Notes: a model not told the origin generated them from the sequence alone. DNA of 32,000 bases from Mycolicibacterium smegmatis (GCF_001457595.1 NZ_LN831039.1:4020001-4052000); one strand, 5' to 3'. Positions 1 through 9,694 are shown, counted from the first letter of the stretch. Numbers and translations: made by a program.

Positions 1-154
1 CCGCGACGGCCACGAACGTGGCCGGAGAATCGGTGGGTGCCTGCGCCTGGGCGCGGCTGCCGCCGGGGACATGCCCGCGCAGTGCGACGACAGCGACCAC
101 CATGAGCACGAGCACTGTGGCCACGCGCCCCGCGGCATTCTGCAAACCGGGCAT
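1..154 (-). CDS. N-terminal fragment of an exported or membrane-anchored protein; the gene continues beyond the window edge
   Basis: My own reverse-strand translation from the ATG at 154-152 gives [51 protein letters not shown]. This contains a hydrophobic helix after a basic residue. GC3 is about 80 percent by hand count. It is too short and truncated to appear in the ORF track. Confidence 0.35.
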   Translation of the reverse strand, partial: MPGLQNAAGRVATVLVLMVVAVVALRGHVPGGSRAQAQAPTDSPATFVAVA

Positions 155-167
155 CGCCTGGTCAATG

Positions 168-256
168 GTCGCACGATTTCAAATCACGCCCGGCAAAACC
201 GTTCACTCGATCGCCCGCCGGGGGCCTAATGACTGCGTGAGTGAACTTCGTGCGAC
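168..256 (+). promoter_or_regulatory. Nested inverted repeats in the spacer upstream of the TauD-like gene; candidate structured leader or operator pair
   Basis: GTCGCACGA at 168-176 is the exact reverse complement of TCGTGCGAC at 248-256. GTTCACTC at 201-208 is the exact reverse complement of GAGTGAAC at 239-246. CCCGGC at 189-194 is complementary to GCCGGG at 217-222. Confidence 0.3.
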
Positions 257-269
257 AAACCCGGGTCAG

Positions 270-1169
270 GTGCAGGTCACCGTGACCAAGCTCGGGGCCC
301 ACATCGGCGCCAGGATCGACGGCGTGCGCGTCGGCGGCGACCTGTCCCCCGCCACCGTGAGCGCCATCAACGCGGCCCTCCTCGAGCACAAGGTGATCTT
401 CTTCTCCGGCCAGGACCATCTCGACGATGCCGGACAGCTGGAGTTCGCCGAGCTGCTGGGTACGCCCACCGTCGCCCATCCGACGCTCGCCGAGGGCGCC
501 GAGCAGTTGCTGCCGATCGACTCGCGCTACGACAAGGCCAACAGCTGGCACACCGATGTCACGTTCGTCGACCGTATCCCGAAGGCGTCGCTGCTGCGCG
601 CGATGACGCTGCCCAGCTACGGCGGCACCACCGCGTGGGCCTCGACGGAAGCGGCCTACCAGCAGCTGCCCGCGCCGCTGCGCACGCTGGCCGACAACCT
701 GTGGGCCGTGCACACCAACCGGTTCGACTACGCCGACAGCGCGATCTCCGCGGAACAGCGTGGCTACCGTCAGCGGTTCGAATCCGACTATTACGAGGTC
801 GAGCACCCGGTGGTGCGGGTGCACCCCGAGACCGGTGAGCGGGTCCTGCTCCTCGGCCATTTCGTCAAGTCGTTCGTCGGACTCAAGGACACCGAGTCCG
901 CGGCTTTGTTCCGGCTGTTCCAGGACCGGATCACGCGGCTGGAGAACACCGTACGGTGGAGCTGGAAGCCCGGTGACCTGGCGATCTGGGACAACCGCGC
1001 CACGCAGCACTACGCGGTGGCCGACTACGACGACCAGTACCGCAGGCTCAACCGCGTCACGCTGGCCGGTGACATCCCGGTCGACGTGTACGGCGAACGC
1101 AGCCGCGTCATCGCCGGTGACGCGTCGAGTTACTCCCCGGTGGACAGCCCGGTCGCCCTGGCGAGCTGA
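270..1169 (+). CDS. TauD/TfdA-family Fe(II)/2-oxoglutarate dioxygenase (taurine dioxygenase or Rv3406-type alkyl-sulfatase-like)
   Basis: ORF 18..1169. The family-typical N-terminus [23 protein letters not shown] begins at the GTG at 270 (alternative GTG at 282). It carries the WHTDVTF iron-binding HxD motif and a C-terminal DNRATQHYA motif. The stretch upstream of 270 is an open-frame extension, not family sequence. Confidence 0.85.
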   Translation: MQVTVTKLGAHIGARIDGVRVGGDLSPATVSAINAALLEHKVIFFSGQDHLDDAGQLEFAELLGTPTVAHPTLAEGAEQLLPIDSRYDKANSWHTDVTFVDRIPKASLLRAMTLPSYGGTTAWASTEAAYQQLPAPLRTLADNLWAVHTNRFDYADSAISAEQRGYRQRFESDYYEVEHPVVRVHPETGERVLLLGHFVKSFVGLKDTESAALFRLFQDRITRLENTVRWSWKPGDLAIWDNRATQHYAVADYDDQYRRLNRVTLAGDIPVDVYGERSRVIAGDASSYSPVDSPVALAS

Positions 1170-1178
1170 GTTCCTAGA

Positions 1179-2309
1179 ATGGGTCCGAGTATGACCCGGA
1201 CCCGTGACCAGGACGCCTGCCCCGGTGCGCTGACAGTGCACCAGGCCGCTGACGGCGCGCTCGTGCGCATCCGGCTCGCGGGCGGCGCCATCACAGCCGC
1301 GCAGCTGGCCACCCTGGCCGATGTCGCGAACGATCTGGGTTCTCCGGCAATGGAACTCACGTCGCGCGGCAACATCCAGATCCGTGGGCTGACCGACACC
1401 GACGCCGCCGCGGCGGCGCTGGCCGGCGCCGGACTGTTGCCGTCACCGACACACGAGCGCGTGCGCAACATCGTGGCCTCGCCGCTGACGGGACGGTCGG
1501 GCGGGGTCGCCGACGTCGGCGCCCTGGTCTCCGAACTCGACGCGGCGATCCAGGCCGAGCCCGAGCTGGCCGGGTTGCCGGGCCGGTTCCTGTTCGGTCT
1601 GGACGACGGGCGCGGCGACATCTCCGGTCTCGGCCCCGACGCCGGGGTGCACATGCTCGACGCCGGCACCGGCGCTCTGCTGCTCGGCGGGTGTGACACC
1701 GGGGTACGGATCGACCGCGCCGGCGTGGTGCCCACGCTGATCACCGTGGCCCGCCGGTTCGCGAAGGTGCACGGAAAGGCCTGGCGTGTCGGCGAACTCG
1801 ACGACCTGGCGCCGCTGCTGGAGGGTTTGACGGCGTCCGGACCAGGTGGGCAGCGGTGGGCCCCGACCGTGCGGCCGCCCGTCGGCTGGATTCCCCAGCG
1901 CGACGGCCGTGTAGCGCTGGGCGCCGGGGTGCCGCTGGGTGTGTTGTCCGCGCGCGACGCGCAGTTCCTCGCCGCGATCGAGGCGCCCATCGTGATCACG
2001 CCGTGGCGGTCGGTGCTGGTGTTCGACCTCGACGAGGGCGTCGCCGACACCGCGTTGCGGGTGCTCGCGCCGATGGGGCTGGTGTTCGACGAGAACTCAC
2101 CCTGGCTCGATGTCAGCGCCTGCACCGGCAGTCCCGGATGCGCGAAGTCACTGACCGATGTGCGCGCCGACGCCGCGGCGGCGGCGCAGGAACCGTCGGC
2201 AAATCACCGGCACTTCGTGGGCTGTGAGCGGGCCTGCGGCAGCCCGCCCGTCGGGGACGTCCTCGTCGCCACGGAGGACGGATATCGACTGCGCATCGCG
2301 TCCCCGTAA
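1179..2309 (+). CDS. cobG: Precorrin-3B synthase CobG (aerobic cobalamin pathway)
   Basis: Sulfite/nitrite-reductase-like repeats are present, with N-terminal DACPGAL and C-terminal CTGSPGCAKS Cys motifs. It sits directly upstream of cobH and cobIJ, as in Rv2064-2066. The start could instead be the ATG at 1191. Confidence 0.85.
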   Translation: MGPSMTRTRDQDACPGALTVHQAADGALVRIRLAGGAITAAQLATLADVANDLGSPAMELTSRGNIQIRGLTDTDAAAAALAGAGLLPSPTHERVRNIVASPLTGRSGGVADVGALVSELDAAIQAEPELAGLPGRFLFGLDDGRGDISGLGPDAGVHMLDAGTGALLLGGCDTGVRIDRAGVVPTLITVARRFAKVHGKAWRVGELDDLAPLLEGLTASGPGGQRWAPTVRPPVGWIPQRDGRVALGAGVPLGVLSARDAQFLAAIEAPIVITPWRSVLVFDLDEGVADTALRVLAPMGLVFDENSPWLDVSACTGSPGCAKSLTDVRADAAAAAQEPSANHRHFVGCERACGSPPVGDVLVATEDGYRLRIASP

Positions 2310-2318
2310 GGTTGGCGG

Positions 2319-2945
2319 GTGCTCGACTACATCCGTGACGCAGCCGAGATCTACCGGCAGTCGTTCGCGACGATCCGCGACGAAGCCGATCTGTCCCGCT
2401 TCCCCGCCGACGTCTCGCGCGTGGTGGTCCGGTTGATCCACACCTGCGGCCAGGTCGACGTCACCGACCATGTCGCCTTCACCGGCGACGTCGTCACCAG
2501 GACCCACGCCACGCTCGCGGACGGCGCACCGATCCTGTGCGACTCGTCGATGGTGGCCGCGGGCATCACCCGCTCGCGCCTGCCCGCCGACAACGAGGTG
2601 GTCTCCCTCGTCGCCGACAGCCGCGCTCCCGAACTCGCGGCCCGTATGGGCACCACGCGTTCGGCCGCCGCGGTCGATCTGTGGGCCGACCGTCTCGGCG
2701 GTGCGGTCCTGGCGATCGGCAATGCGCCCACCGCGTTGTTCCGGCTGCTGGAACTGCTCGACGAGGGTGCGCCGACCCCCGCCGCGGTGCTCGGCGGGCC
2801 CGTCGGTTTCGTCGGCTCCGCGCAGTCCAAGCAGGAGCTGATCGAGCGCCCGCGGGGAATGTCCTACCTGGTGGTGACGGGCCGTCGGGGCGGCAGCGCG
2901 ATGGCCGCGGCCGCCGTCAACGCGATTGCGAGTGAGCGGGAATGA
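2319..2945 (+). CDS. cobH: Precorrin-8X methylmutase CobH
   Basis: The 208-aa product has the typical N-terminus [14 protein letters not shown] and the IGNAPTAL motif. It starts with GTG, and its stop overlaps the cobIJ start as ATGA. Confidence 0.9.
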   Translation: MLDYIRDAAEIYRQSFATIRDEADLSRFPADVSRVVVRLIHTCGQVDVTDHVAFTGDVVTRTHATLADGAPILCDSSMVAAGITRSRLPADNEVVSLVADSRAPELAARMGTTRSAAAVDLWADRLGGAVLAIGNAPTALFRLLELLDEGAPTPAAVLGGPVGFVGSAQSKQELIERPRGMSYLVVTGRRGGSAMAAAAVNAIASERE

Positions 2946-4453
2946 GCGAGAACAAGCACGGCACCCTGTACGGCGTCGGACTCGGGCCAGGCGACCCCGA
3001 ACTGGTGACGGTCAAGGCCGCCCGCGTGATCGGCGAGGCCGACGTGGTGGCCTACCACAGCGCCCGTCACGGCCAGAGCATCGCGCGCGGCATCGCCGAG
3101 CCCTACCTGCGGCCGGGTCAGCTCGAGGAGCACCTGGTCTACCCGGTGACCACCGAGACCACCGACCATCCGGGCGGATACGCCGGCGCGATGGAGGATT
3201 TCTACGCCGAGGCCGCCGAACGCATCGCGGCCCACCTGCAGGCGGGCCGCGACGTCGCGCTCCTGGCCGAGGGTGACCCGCTGTTCTACAGCTCGTACAT
3301 GCACATGCACACACGGCTCACCGAACGGTTCGACGCCGTGATCGTGCCGGGCGTGACGTCGGTGAGCGCCGCGTCGGCCGCGACGGGCACTCCCCTGGTG
3401 CAGGGCGACGAGGTCCTCACCATCCTGCCCGGCACGCTGCCCGCCGACGAGCTCAAACGCAGGCTGGCCGACACCGACGCCGCGGTGGTGATGAAGCTGG
3501 GCCGCTCGTACACCCGTGTGCGCGAGGCGCTTTCGTCGGCCGGGCGCCTGGACGAGGCGTTCTACGTCGAGCGTGCGAGCACCGACCGGCAGAAGGTGGC
3601 GCAGGCAGGCGAGGTCGAGTCCGCCAAGGTGCCGTACTTCTCGCTGACCATGGTGCCCGGCGGCATGGCGCGCCAGGAGCAGCGCCCCGAGCGCGGCAGC
3701 GTCGTCGTGGTGGGCCTCGGGCCCGGTGACCACGACTGGATGACGCCGCAGAGCCGGCGCGAGCTCGCCGCGGCGACCGATCTCATCGGCTACGGCCCGT
3801 ACCTCGACCGGGTCGGTCTGCGGCCCGGTCAGCGGCACCATCCCAGTGACAACACCGACGAACCCCAACGCGCACGGCTGGCCTGCACGCTGGCCCAGCA
3901 GGGTCACGCCGTCGCGGTGGTGTCCTCGGGTGACCCGGGCGTGTTCGCGATGGCGACCGCGGTGCTCGAAGAGGCCAAGCAGTGGCCCGGTGTCGAGGTG
4001 CGCGTCATCCCGGCCATGACGGCCGCGCAGGCTGTGGCCAGCCGGGCCGGCGCACCCCTGGGCCACGACTATGCGGTGATCTCGCTGTCCGACCGGCTCA
4101 AGCCGTGGGACGTGATCGTCGAACGGCTCAAGGCGGCCGCCAAGGCCGATCTGGTGCTCGCGATCTACAACCCGGCGTCGAAGACCCGCACGTGGCAGGT
4201 GGGCGCCATGCGCGACCTGCTGCTGGAGCACCGCGACCCGAGCACCCCGGTGATCATCGGACGTGCGGTGTCGGGTGCGCGGCCCGGCGAGGGCGAGAGC
4301 GTGCGGGTGGTGCGACTGGCCGAACTCGATCCCGCACAGGTCGACATGCGCTGCCTGCTGATCATCGGGTCGTCGCAGACCCAGTGGTACAGCGCCGCGG
4401 TCGACGACACCGCCGAGGATCGCGTGTTCACCCCGCGCACCTACCCCGGCTGA
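2942..4453 (+). CDS. cobIJ: Fused precorrin-2 C20-methyltransferase and precorrin-3B C17-methyltransferase (CobI-CobJ)
   Basis: Two tetrapyrrole methylase domains are present, each with a GxGPGD motif ([13 protein letters not shown] and [13 protein letters not shown]). The 503-aa fusion matches the arrangement of Rv2066. Confidence 0.9.
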   Translation: MSENKHGTLYGVGLGPGDPELVTVKAARVIGEADVVAYHSARHGQSIARGIAEPYLRPGQLEEHLVYPVTTETTDHPGGYAGAMEDFYAEAAERIAAHLQAGRDVALLAEGDPLFYSSYMHMHTRLTERFDAVIVPGVTSVSAASAATGTPLVQGDEVLTILPGTLPADELKRRLADTDAAVVMKLGRSYTRVREALSSAGRLDEAFYVERASTDRQKVAQAGEVESAKVPYFSLTMVPGGMARQEQRPERGSVVVVGLGPGDHDWMTPQSRRELAAATDLIGYGPYLDRVGLRPGQRHHPSDNTDEPQRARLACTLAQQGHAVAVVSSGDPGVFAMATAVLEEAKQWPGVEVRVIPAMTAAQAVASRAGAPLGHDYAVISLSDRLKPWDVIVERLKAAAKADLVLAIYNPASKTRTWQVGAMRDLLLEHRDPSTPVIIGRAVSGARPGEGESVRVVRLAELDPAQVDMRCLLIIGSSQTQWYSAAVDDTAEDRVFTPRTYPG

Positions 4454-4461
4454 CGCACGTC

Positions 4462-4481
4462 GACAATCATTGACTGTTGTC
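4462..4481. promoter_or_regulatory. Candidate TetR operator palindromes in the spacer upstream of the TetR gene
   Basis: GACAATCATTGACTGTTGTC has GACAA/TTGTC arms. It contains the palindrome CAAT-C-ATTG and overlaps the inverted repeat ACTG-TTGT-CAGT (4473-4484). It lies 49 nt upstream of the GTG at 4530. Confidence 0.25.
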
Positions 4482-4529
4482 AGTTTCGGGATTAGTGTCC
4501 GGCGTCACACCATCTGAGATGGGAGAGCC

Positions 4530-5174
4530 GTGGTACGCCCGAGCACACCGGTACGGTCGCCGACCGACCGTCGGCAGCCGCAACGCAGCGATCAACGACG
4601 CACCGCGATCCTCGAGGCGCTCAACGAACACCTCCAGAAAACCGGTTTCGACGCGCTGAACATCGCCGAGGTGGCACGGCAGGCCGGGGTCGGCCGCTCG
4701 GCGTTCTACTTCTACTTCGAGAACAAGGCCGCCGCGGTCGCCGCACTGCTCGAACCCATGCACGAGGCACTGCTGGCGGCCAACAACATCCTGGCCGACC
4801 TCACACGCCCGCCGCGCGAACGCATCCGCGCCACCCTCGACGCTGTGCTGCGGACCGCCGAGGACCACCGGTACCTGTTCCAGGCGATGCTGGAGGCCCG
4901 CGGCACCAGCGGCGCGGTCCGCGACATGTGGGACGCGGCGCGGGAGTCGTTCGTGCCCACGGTCTCCGCGGTGATCACCGCCGAACGCGAAAGCGGCCGC
5001 GCCCCGGACGGTGTCGATCCGAAGGTGCTGGCCTCGCTGCTCATGGAGTTCAACGACCGACTGCTGGAACGGCTCATCATCGGCGGGCCGTTGACCCGCC
5101 GACAACTACTGGAAGGTGCCGAAGCGATGTGGATGGGTGCGATCTACGCGAGCGAACCGGAGCAGACGCGATGA
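4530..5174 (+). CDS. TetR-family transcriptional regulator
   Basis: The N-terminal helix-turn-helix reads RRTAILEALNEHLQKTGFDALNIAEVARQAGVGRSAFYFYFENK. The exact start is uncertain. The stop overlaps the next gene's start as ATGA. Confidence 0.8.
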   Translation: MVRPSTPVRSPTDRRQPQRSDQRRTAILEALNEHLQKTGFDALNIAEVARQAGVGRSAFYFYFENKAAAVAALLEPMHEALLAANNILADLTRPPRERIRATLDAVLRTAEDHRYLFQAMLEARGTSGAVRDMWDAARESFVPTVSAVITAERESGRAPDGVDPKVLASLLMEFNDRLLERLIIGGPLTRRQLLEGAEAMWMGAIYASEPEQTR

Positions 5175-6238
5175 CCGCGGCGGTCTCGATTCCCGGTCGC
5201 CCCGTCGACGTCACGCCGTCCTGGTTGTCGGGCGTGCTGGGCACCGAGGTGGCAACGGCGGCAACCGAACCCATCGGCACCGGGCAGACCGGGGCCACCT
5301 ACCGGGTCACGGTCACCTATGCGGGTGACTCCGCACTGCCGACGACGTTCGCGATCAAGCTGCCGTCGCAGGACGACACGGTGCGCGACCGCGTCGCGAT
5401 CGGCTACCGGTCCGAGCATGCGTTCTACACCAGCCTCGCCGGGCAGGTGCGGATCCCGGTCCCCCACTGCTACCACTGCGAGATCGCCGGTGAGGGAGCA
5501 GATTTCGTGCTGGTGCTGGCCGACATGGCACCCGCCGAGCAGGGCGATCAGATCGCCGGATGCTCGCCGGCCGAGGCCGCACTGGCGGTGCGCGCGCTGG
5601 CCGATCTGCACGGGCCGACGTGGTGTGACCCGCAGTGGGCGAACTTCCCCGGCATCGCGATGCCCAAGCCGGAACCGGATTCGGCCAAGGGCTTCGGCGA
5701 CATCGCCAAGATGGCCGCCGACATCACGCTCGACAAACTCGGCGACCGGCTCAGCATCGGTGACCGCGAGACCCTCAGCGCGTCGATGTCCGTGGTGACC
5801 CCGTGGCTGTTGGCCGAACCGGACCGTTTCGCGGTGCTGCACGGCGACTACCGGCTCGACAACATGCTCTTCGACCCCGACCGCACACGCGTCACCGTGG
5901 TCGACTGGCAGACGCTCGGATCGGGCCTGCCCGCACGTGACCTGTCGTACTTCACCGCCACGAGCTTCGACCCGGCCGACCGCGCCGCGGCCGAACGGGA
6001 TCTGGTCGGCGAGTACCACCGCACGCTGCTGGCGCACGGCGTCACGGGGTACGACCGCGAGACCTGTTGGCGCGATTACCGTCTGGGCATGCTCCAGGCG
6101 CCGCTGATCACGGTGCTCGGCTGCGCGTTCGCGTCGTCGACCGATCGCGGCGACGACATGATGGTGGTGATGGCGCAGCGCGGCTGTCAGGCCATCCGCG
6201 AACTGGGCACCCTGGACCTCATCGACGCAGCGAGCTGA
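5171..6238 (+). CDS. Phosphotransferase-family protein (APH / CHK / EcKinase-like small-molecule kinase fold)
   Basis: It carries the catalytic-loop motif LHGDYRLDNMLF and the metal-binding motif VVDWQ. The real start is taken as the ATG at 5171 (MTAAVSIPGRP), which overlaps the TetR stop. The upstream part of ORF 4928..6238 is an out-of-frame overlap with the TetR gene. Confidence 0.75.
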   Translation: MTAAVSIPGRPVDVTPSWLSGVLGTEVATAATEPIGTGQTGATYRVTVTYAGDSALPTTFAIKLPSQDDTVRDRVAIGYRSEHAFYTSLAGQVRIPVPHCYHCEIAGEGADFVLVLADMAPAEQGDQIAGCSPAEAALAVRALADLHGPTWCDPQWANFPGIAMPKPEPDSAKGFGDIAKMAADITLDKLGDRLSIGDRETLSASMSVVTPWLLAEPDRFAVLHGDYRLDNMLFDPDRTRVTVVDWQTLGSGLPARDLSYFTATSFDPADRAAAERDLVGEYHRTLLAHGVTGYDRETCWRDYRLGMLQAPLITVLGCAFASSTDRGDDMMVVMAQRGCQAIRELGTLDLIDAAS

Positions 6239-6956
6239 CCCAGTCGCGGGCCTGCTCGACGGTGGTGACGCTGTGCACCCCGGCAGGCAGCGGCGGGCGG
6301 TCCACCATGATCACCGCCACCCCGGCCGTCGCCGCGGCGTCCAGTTTGGGCTGTGTCATGTCCCCGCCGCTGTTCTTGGTGACCAGGACGTCGATGTGGT
6401 GGTCGCGTAGCAGCGCCAGTTCGCCCTCGTAGTCATACGGCCCGCGCGACAGCAGCAGTTCGTGGCGTGCGGGCAGGGTGTCGGCTTCGGGTTCGGTGAC
6501 GGCGCGGATCAGAAACCATGCGTCGACGCCGCGGAACGCCGACGTCCCGGAGCGCCCCGTGGTCAGGAACACGCGCGAAAACCCGCGCTGCACCACCACT
6601 TCGGCTGCCTCGGTGTCCGAGGCCACCACGATCGCGTCACCCGGCGACCAGGCGGGCCGCGCCAGCACGAGGTGCGGCAGACCCAGTTCGGCGCACACCT
6701 GCGCGGCGTGCGTGGTGATGGTCGCGGCGAACGGGTGCGTCGCGTCGACCACGGCGTCGATTCCCTCGTCGCGCAGCCAGCGCCGCATGCCCTCGACCCC
6801 ACCGAATCCTCCGATACGCACCTGCCCGACCGGCAGCGCCGGATCGGGAACCCGCCCGGCCAGTGAGCTGATCACCTCGATCTCCGGCTGTAAGGGGTGC
6901 AGCGCGGCCGCGAGCGCGCGGGCCTCACCGGTGCCTCCGAGCAGCAGAACTCGCAT
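6219..6956 (-). CDS. cobK: Precorrin-6A reductase CobK
   Basis: The N-terminus MRVLLLGGTGEARALAAAL is typical of CobK. The ATG at 6956 gives about 245 aa. An alternative TTG at 6974 would overlap the cobM stop. Confidence 0.85.
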   Translation of the reverse strand: MRVLLLGGTGEARALAAALHPLQPEIEVISSLAGRVPDPALPVGQVRIGGFGGVEGMRRWLRDEGIDAVVDATHPFAATITTHAAQVCAELGLPHLVLARPAWSPGDAIVVASDTEAAEVVVQRGFSRVFLTTGRSGTSAFRGVDAWFLIRAVTEPEADTLPARHELLLSRGPYDYEGELALLRDHHIDVLVTKNSGGDMTQPKLDAAATAGVAVIMVDRPPLPAGVHSVTTVEQARDWVSSLRR

Positions 6957-6970
6957 CGTCGCGGTCTCGG

Positions 6971-7726
6971 TCAATGCCTGCTCCCTCGGCGCCGCGTCGC
7001 CGAGTACAGGTAACTGTCGGTGAAACCCTCGGCGGCCAGCACGTCACCCACCACGATCACCGCGGTGCGGGTCACGTCGGCCGCGTGCATCTGCTCGGCG
7101 ATGTCGGCGAGCGTGCCCCGCAGCACCACCTCCTGCGGCCAGCTCGCGAACGCCACCACGGCACAGGGGGTTTCGGGGCGGTAACCGCCCTCGATCAGTT
7201 GGGGGACGATGTTGTCGATCTGCGCGGCGGCCAGGTGCAGCACCAGTGTGGCGCCCGGTGCGGACAGCGTGCGCAGATCCTCGCCTTCGGGCATGGCCGT
7301 CGAGAGCGTCGCGACCCGGCTCAACGTCACGGTCTGCGCGACACCTGGCACGGTGAGCTCGCGGCCCAGCGCGGCCGCGACCGCGGCGAAAGCCGGTACA
7401 CCGGGCACGATCTCGTAGCCGATGCCGAGCGCGTCGAGCCTGCGGCACTGTTCGGCCAGCGCGCTGTAGATCGACGGGTCCCCGGAGTGCAGCCGCGCGA
7501 CGTCGAGCCCGGCCTCGTCGGCCGCGACGAGTTCGTCGATGATCTGATCGAGGTTCAGCGGTCCGGTGTCGATCACCTTGGCGTCCGGCGGGCACAGCGC
7601 GAGCAGATCGTCGGGCATGATCGATCCGGCGTACAGGCACACCTTGCAGGTGCCGAGCAGCCGCTGGCCGCGCACCGTGATGAGATCGGCCGCGCCGGGG
7701 CCCGCGCCGATGAAGTAGACCGTCAT
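6971..7726 (-). CDS. cobM: Precorrin-4 C11-methyltransferase CobM
   Basis: MTVYFIGAGPGAADLITVRG is a tetrapyrrole methylase motif. The ATG at 7726 overlaps the cobL stop as ATGA. The upstream 145 codons of ORF 6971..8164 are Arg-rich and lie out of frame inside cobL. Confidence 0.9.
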   Translation of the reverse strand: MTVYFIGAGPGAADLITVRGQRLLGTCKVCLYAGSIMPDDLLALCPPDAKVIDTGPLNLDQIIDELVAADEAGLDVARLHSGDPSIYSALAEQCRRLDALGIGYEIVPGVPAFAAVAAALGRELTVPGVAQTVTLSRVATLSTAMPEGEDLRTLSAPGATLVLHLAAAQIDNIVPQLIEGGYRPETPCAVVAFASWPQEVVLRGTLADIAEQMHAADVTRTAVIVVGDVLAAEGFTDSYLYSATRRRGSRH

Positions 7727-8907
7727 GCCTTGACCACCGACCACTGGGTCACCGGCAGCGCCGGGCGCCATGCGGTGAAGCCTCCGACGGCCCCACCCTG
7801 ATAGTGCTGATAGCGCCGCAAATCGCCGCCTTTCTCTGAGTACCACTGGGCGACAACGGCTTCTGATTCCACCGTCACCGCGTTGACCACCAGCCTGCCA
7901 CCCGTGGACAGCCGGTCGAAGCACGCCTCCAGCACACCCGGCCCGGTCACACCACCACCGATGAAGATCGCCGCGGGTGCGGGCGCGCCGTCGAAGCACT
8001 CGGGCGCGGCACCCCGCAGATCCACTCGCACACCGAATGCCTCGACGTTGGCGCGGATGCGGTCGCGCCGCTGCTCGTCTCGCTCGAACGCCACCGCGGT
8101 GCAACCGGGTGCGCTTCGGCACCATTCGATCGCGATGCTGCCCGAGCCCGAGCCGACGTCCCACAGCAGTTCACCCGGGCGCGGGCCCAGCGCGGCCAGC
8201 GTGACCGCCCGGATCGACTGTTTGGTGATCTGCCCGTCGTGGCTGAACTGTTCGTCGGGCAGCGCGTGGGCCCTGCGGTCCTCAGGCCGGTAGGTGACCG
8301 CGACGACGTTGAGGTCGTCGACATCGGGCGCGGGTGCGGCCGACCAGTCGGCCGCGGTGCCGTCGCGGCGGCGCTCACCGGGACCGCCCAACTGCTCCAG
8401 CACCGTGAACCCGGAATCCCCGCGGCCGGATTCGGTGAGCAGACGCGCCAGTTCGGTGGGGGTCGACGCGTCCCGCGACAGTACGACCGCCCGGCCGCCG
8501 CGGCGCACCGCGGTGTGCGGCGGCGCGGTGACCAGGCTGATGACCTCGGTGTCGGGCACCGTCCATCCCATACGCGCGCACGCCAGCGTCACGCTCGACA
8601 CGTGCGGCAGCACCCGCACACGGTCCGCGCCGAACAGGCGGATCAGCGTGGCGCCTATGCCGTGGCACAGCGGGTCGCCGCTGGCCACGACGTGCACGTC
8701 CCCTCCGAAGTCGTCGAACAGCGTCGGCAGGGCGGGCAGCATCGGCGACGGCCACTCACGACGGTCGGCGGTCACGGTGTCGTCGAGCAGCGCGAGTTGC
8801 CGCGGCGCGCCGAACACCACGGTCGCGCGTGCGAGTTCGTCGCGCGACGCCGCCGACAGCCCGGGCATGCCGTCGGCGCCGATGCCGACCACGATGATCA
8901 ACTTCAT
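7723..8907 (-). CDS. cobL: Precorrin-6Y C5,15-methyltransferase (decarboxylating) CobL
   Basis: An N-terminal tetrapyrrole methylase domain (MKLIIVVGIGADGMPG) is followed by a C-terminal class I SAM methyltransferase motif (LWDVGSGSGSIAIEW). The start is taken as the ATG at 8907. Confidence 0.9.
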   Translation of the reverse strand: MKLIIVVGIGADGMPGLSAASRDELARATVVFGAPRQLALLDDTVTADRREWPSPMLPALPTLFDDFGGDVHVVASGDPLCHGIGATLIRLFGADRVRVLPHVSSVTLACARMGWTVPDTEVISLVTAPPHTAVRRGGRAVVLSRDASTPTELARLLTESGRGDSGFTVLEQLGGPGERRRDGTAADWSAAPAPDVDDLNVVAVTYRPEDRRAHALPDEQFSHDGQITKQSIRAVTLAALGPRPGELLWDVGSGSGSIAIEWCRSAPGCTAVAFERDEQRRDRIRANVEAFGVRVDLRGAAPECFDGAPAPAAIFIGGGVTGPGVLEACFDRLSTGGRLVVNAVTVESEAVVAQWYSEKGGDLRRYQHYQGGAVGGFTAWRPALPVTQWSVVKA

Positions 8908-8935
8908 CGGTGTCCTCGGCTCTTCGCATGAGCGC

Positions 8936-9694
8936 TCATCGCGGCATCCTGCGCCAGAGGACCTGCGGCACAAACCTCGTCGTGAAGGCCATCGGGCGGA
9001 TCACCCACGGCACCCACACCGCGCGCTTGCCCCGCGCGAGCGCCTTGGCCGCGGCATCGGCGACCTGTGCCGGTGTGCTGGCGAACGGCGCGGGCTCCAT
9101 GCCCTCGGTCATGTGCCCGATGACGAAACCGGGCCGCACGATGAGCACGTGCACGCCCGTGCCGTGCAGCGCGTCGGACAGACCGCAGGCAAACCCGTCG
9201 AGCCCGGCCTTGGCCGAACCGTAGACATAATTGGCGCGACGCACGCGCGCCCCGGCGATCGACGAGAACACCACGAGCCTGCCGTGGCCGGCCGTGCGCA
9301 TGCGCCGGGCGAGTTCGGTGAGCAACCCGACCTGCGCGACGTAGTCGGTGTGCACCACCGCGACCGCGTGCGCGGCGTCGTCCTCGGCGCGGGCCTGATC
9401 CCCCAGCACGCCGAACGCCAGCACCGCGGTGTCGATCGGTCCGTGCGCGGATTCGATCTCCTCGACCACGCGGGCGTGTGCGGCGATGTCGTCGGCGTCG
9501 AACTCGCAGGTGTGCACCGCGGCCGCACCCGCGTCGCGTACCGCGGCCACCTGGGGTTCGAGCCGGTCGGCGCCGCGCGCGGCCAGCACCACGGTGTTGC
9601 CCGGTGCCAGCCGAACCGCCAGTTCGGTGCCGATCTCGCTGCGTCCGCCGAATATGACCACGACACGACGATCCGTGTCAGCCGTGTCTTTCAC
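8936..9694 (-). CDS. Short-chain dehydrogenase/reductase, Rv2073c / DprE2-like
   Basis: It has the Rossmann motif [12 protein letters not shown] and the catalytic YxxxK motif in YVYGSAKAG. The start is uncertain: GTG at 9694, GTG at 9709, or ATG at 9742. Confidence 0.8.
   Translation of the reverse strand: MKDTADTDRRVVVIFGGRSEIGTELAVRLAPGNTVVLAARGADRLEPQVAAVRDAGAAAVHTCEFDADDIAAHARVVEEIESAHGPIDTAVLAFGVLGDQARAEDDAAHAVAVVHTDYVAQVGLLTELARRMRTAGHGRLVVFSSIAGARVRRANYVYGSAKAGLDGFACGLSDALHGTGVHVLIVRPGFVIGHMTEGMEPAPFASTPAQVADAAAKALARGKRAVWVPWVIRPMAFTTRFVPQVLWRRMPR

Noticed and set aside
18-269. An 84-codon N-terminal extension of the TauD-like ORF ([17 protein letters not shown]...).
   Set aside because: The family-typical N-terminus begins near 270. 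The extension runs antisense through a better-looking minus-strand signal-peptide ORF (154..1) and across the structured spacer.
1170-1190. A cobalamin riboswitch upstream of the cob genes (also considered at 8908-8935 and 4454-4529).
   Set aside because: The gaps upstream of cobG (about 10-20 nt) and cobL (28 nt) are far too short for a B12 element of roughly 200 nt. I did not see a B12-box-like core in the 76-nt spacer before the TetR gene.
7727-8164. Upstream extensions of several ORFs beyond their family-typical starts. These are cobM (to 8164), pafA (to 21191), tatA (to 17833), pup (to 26129), ectD (to 28228), ectB (to 29871), the kinase-like gene (from 4928), cobL (to 8973) and the hypothetical gene (from 22078).
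   Set aside because: In each case the extension overlaps the neighbouring gene or lacks homology to the family N-terminus. An internal ATG, GTG or TTG with a stop-start overlap or a Shine-Dalgarno sequence gives the expected protein length.
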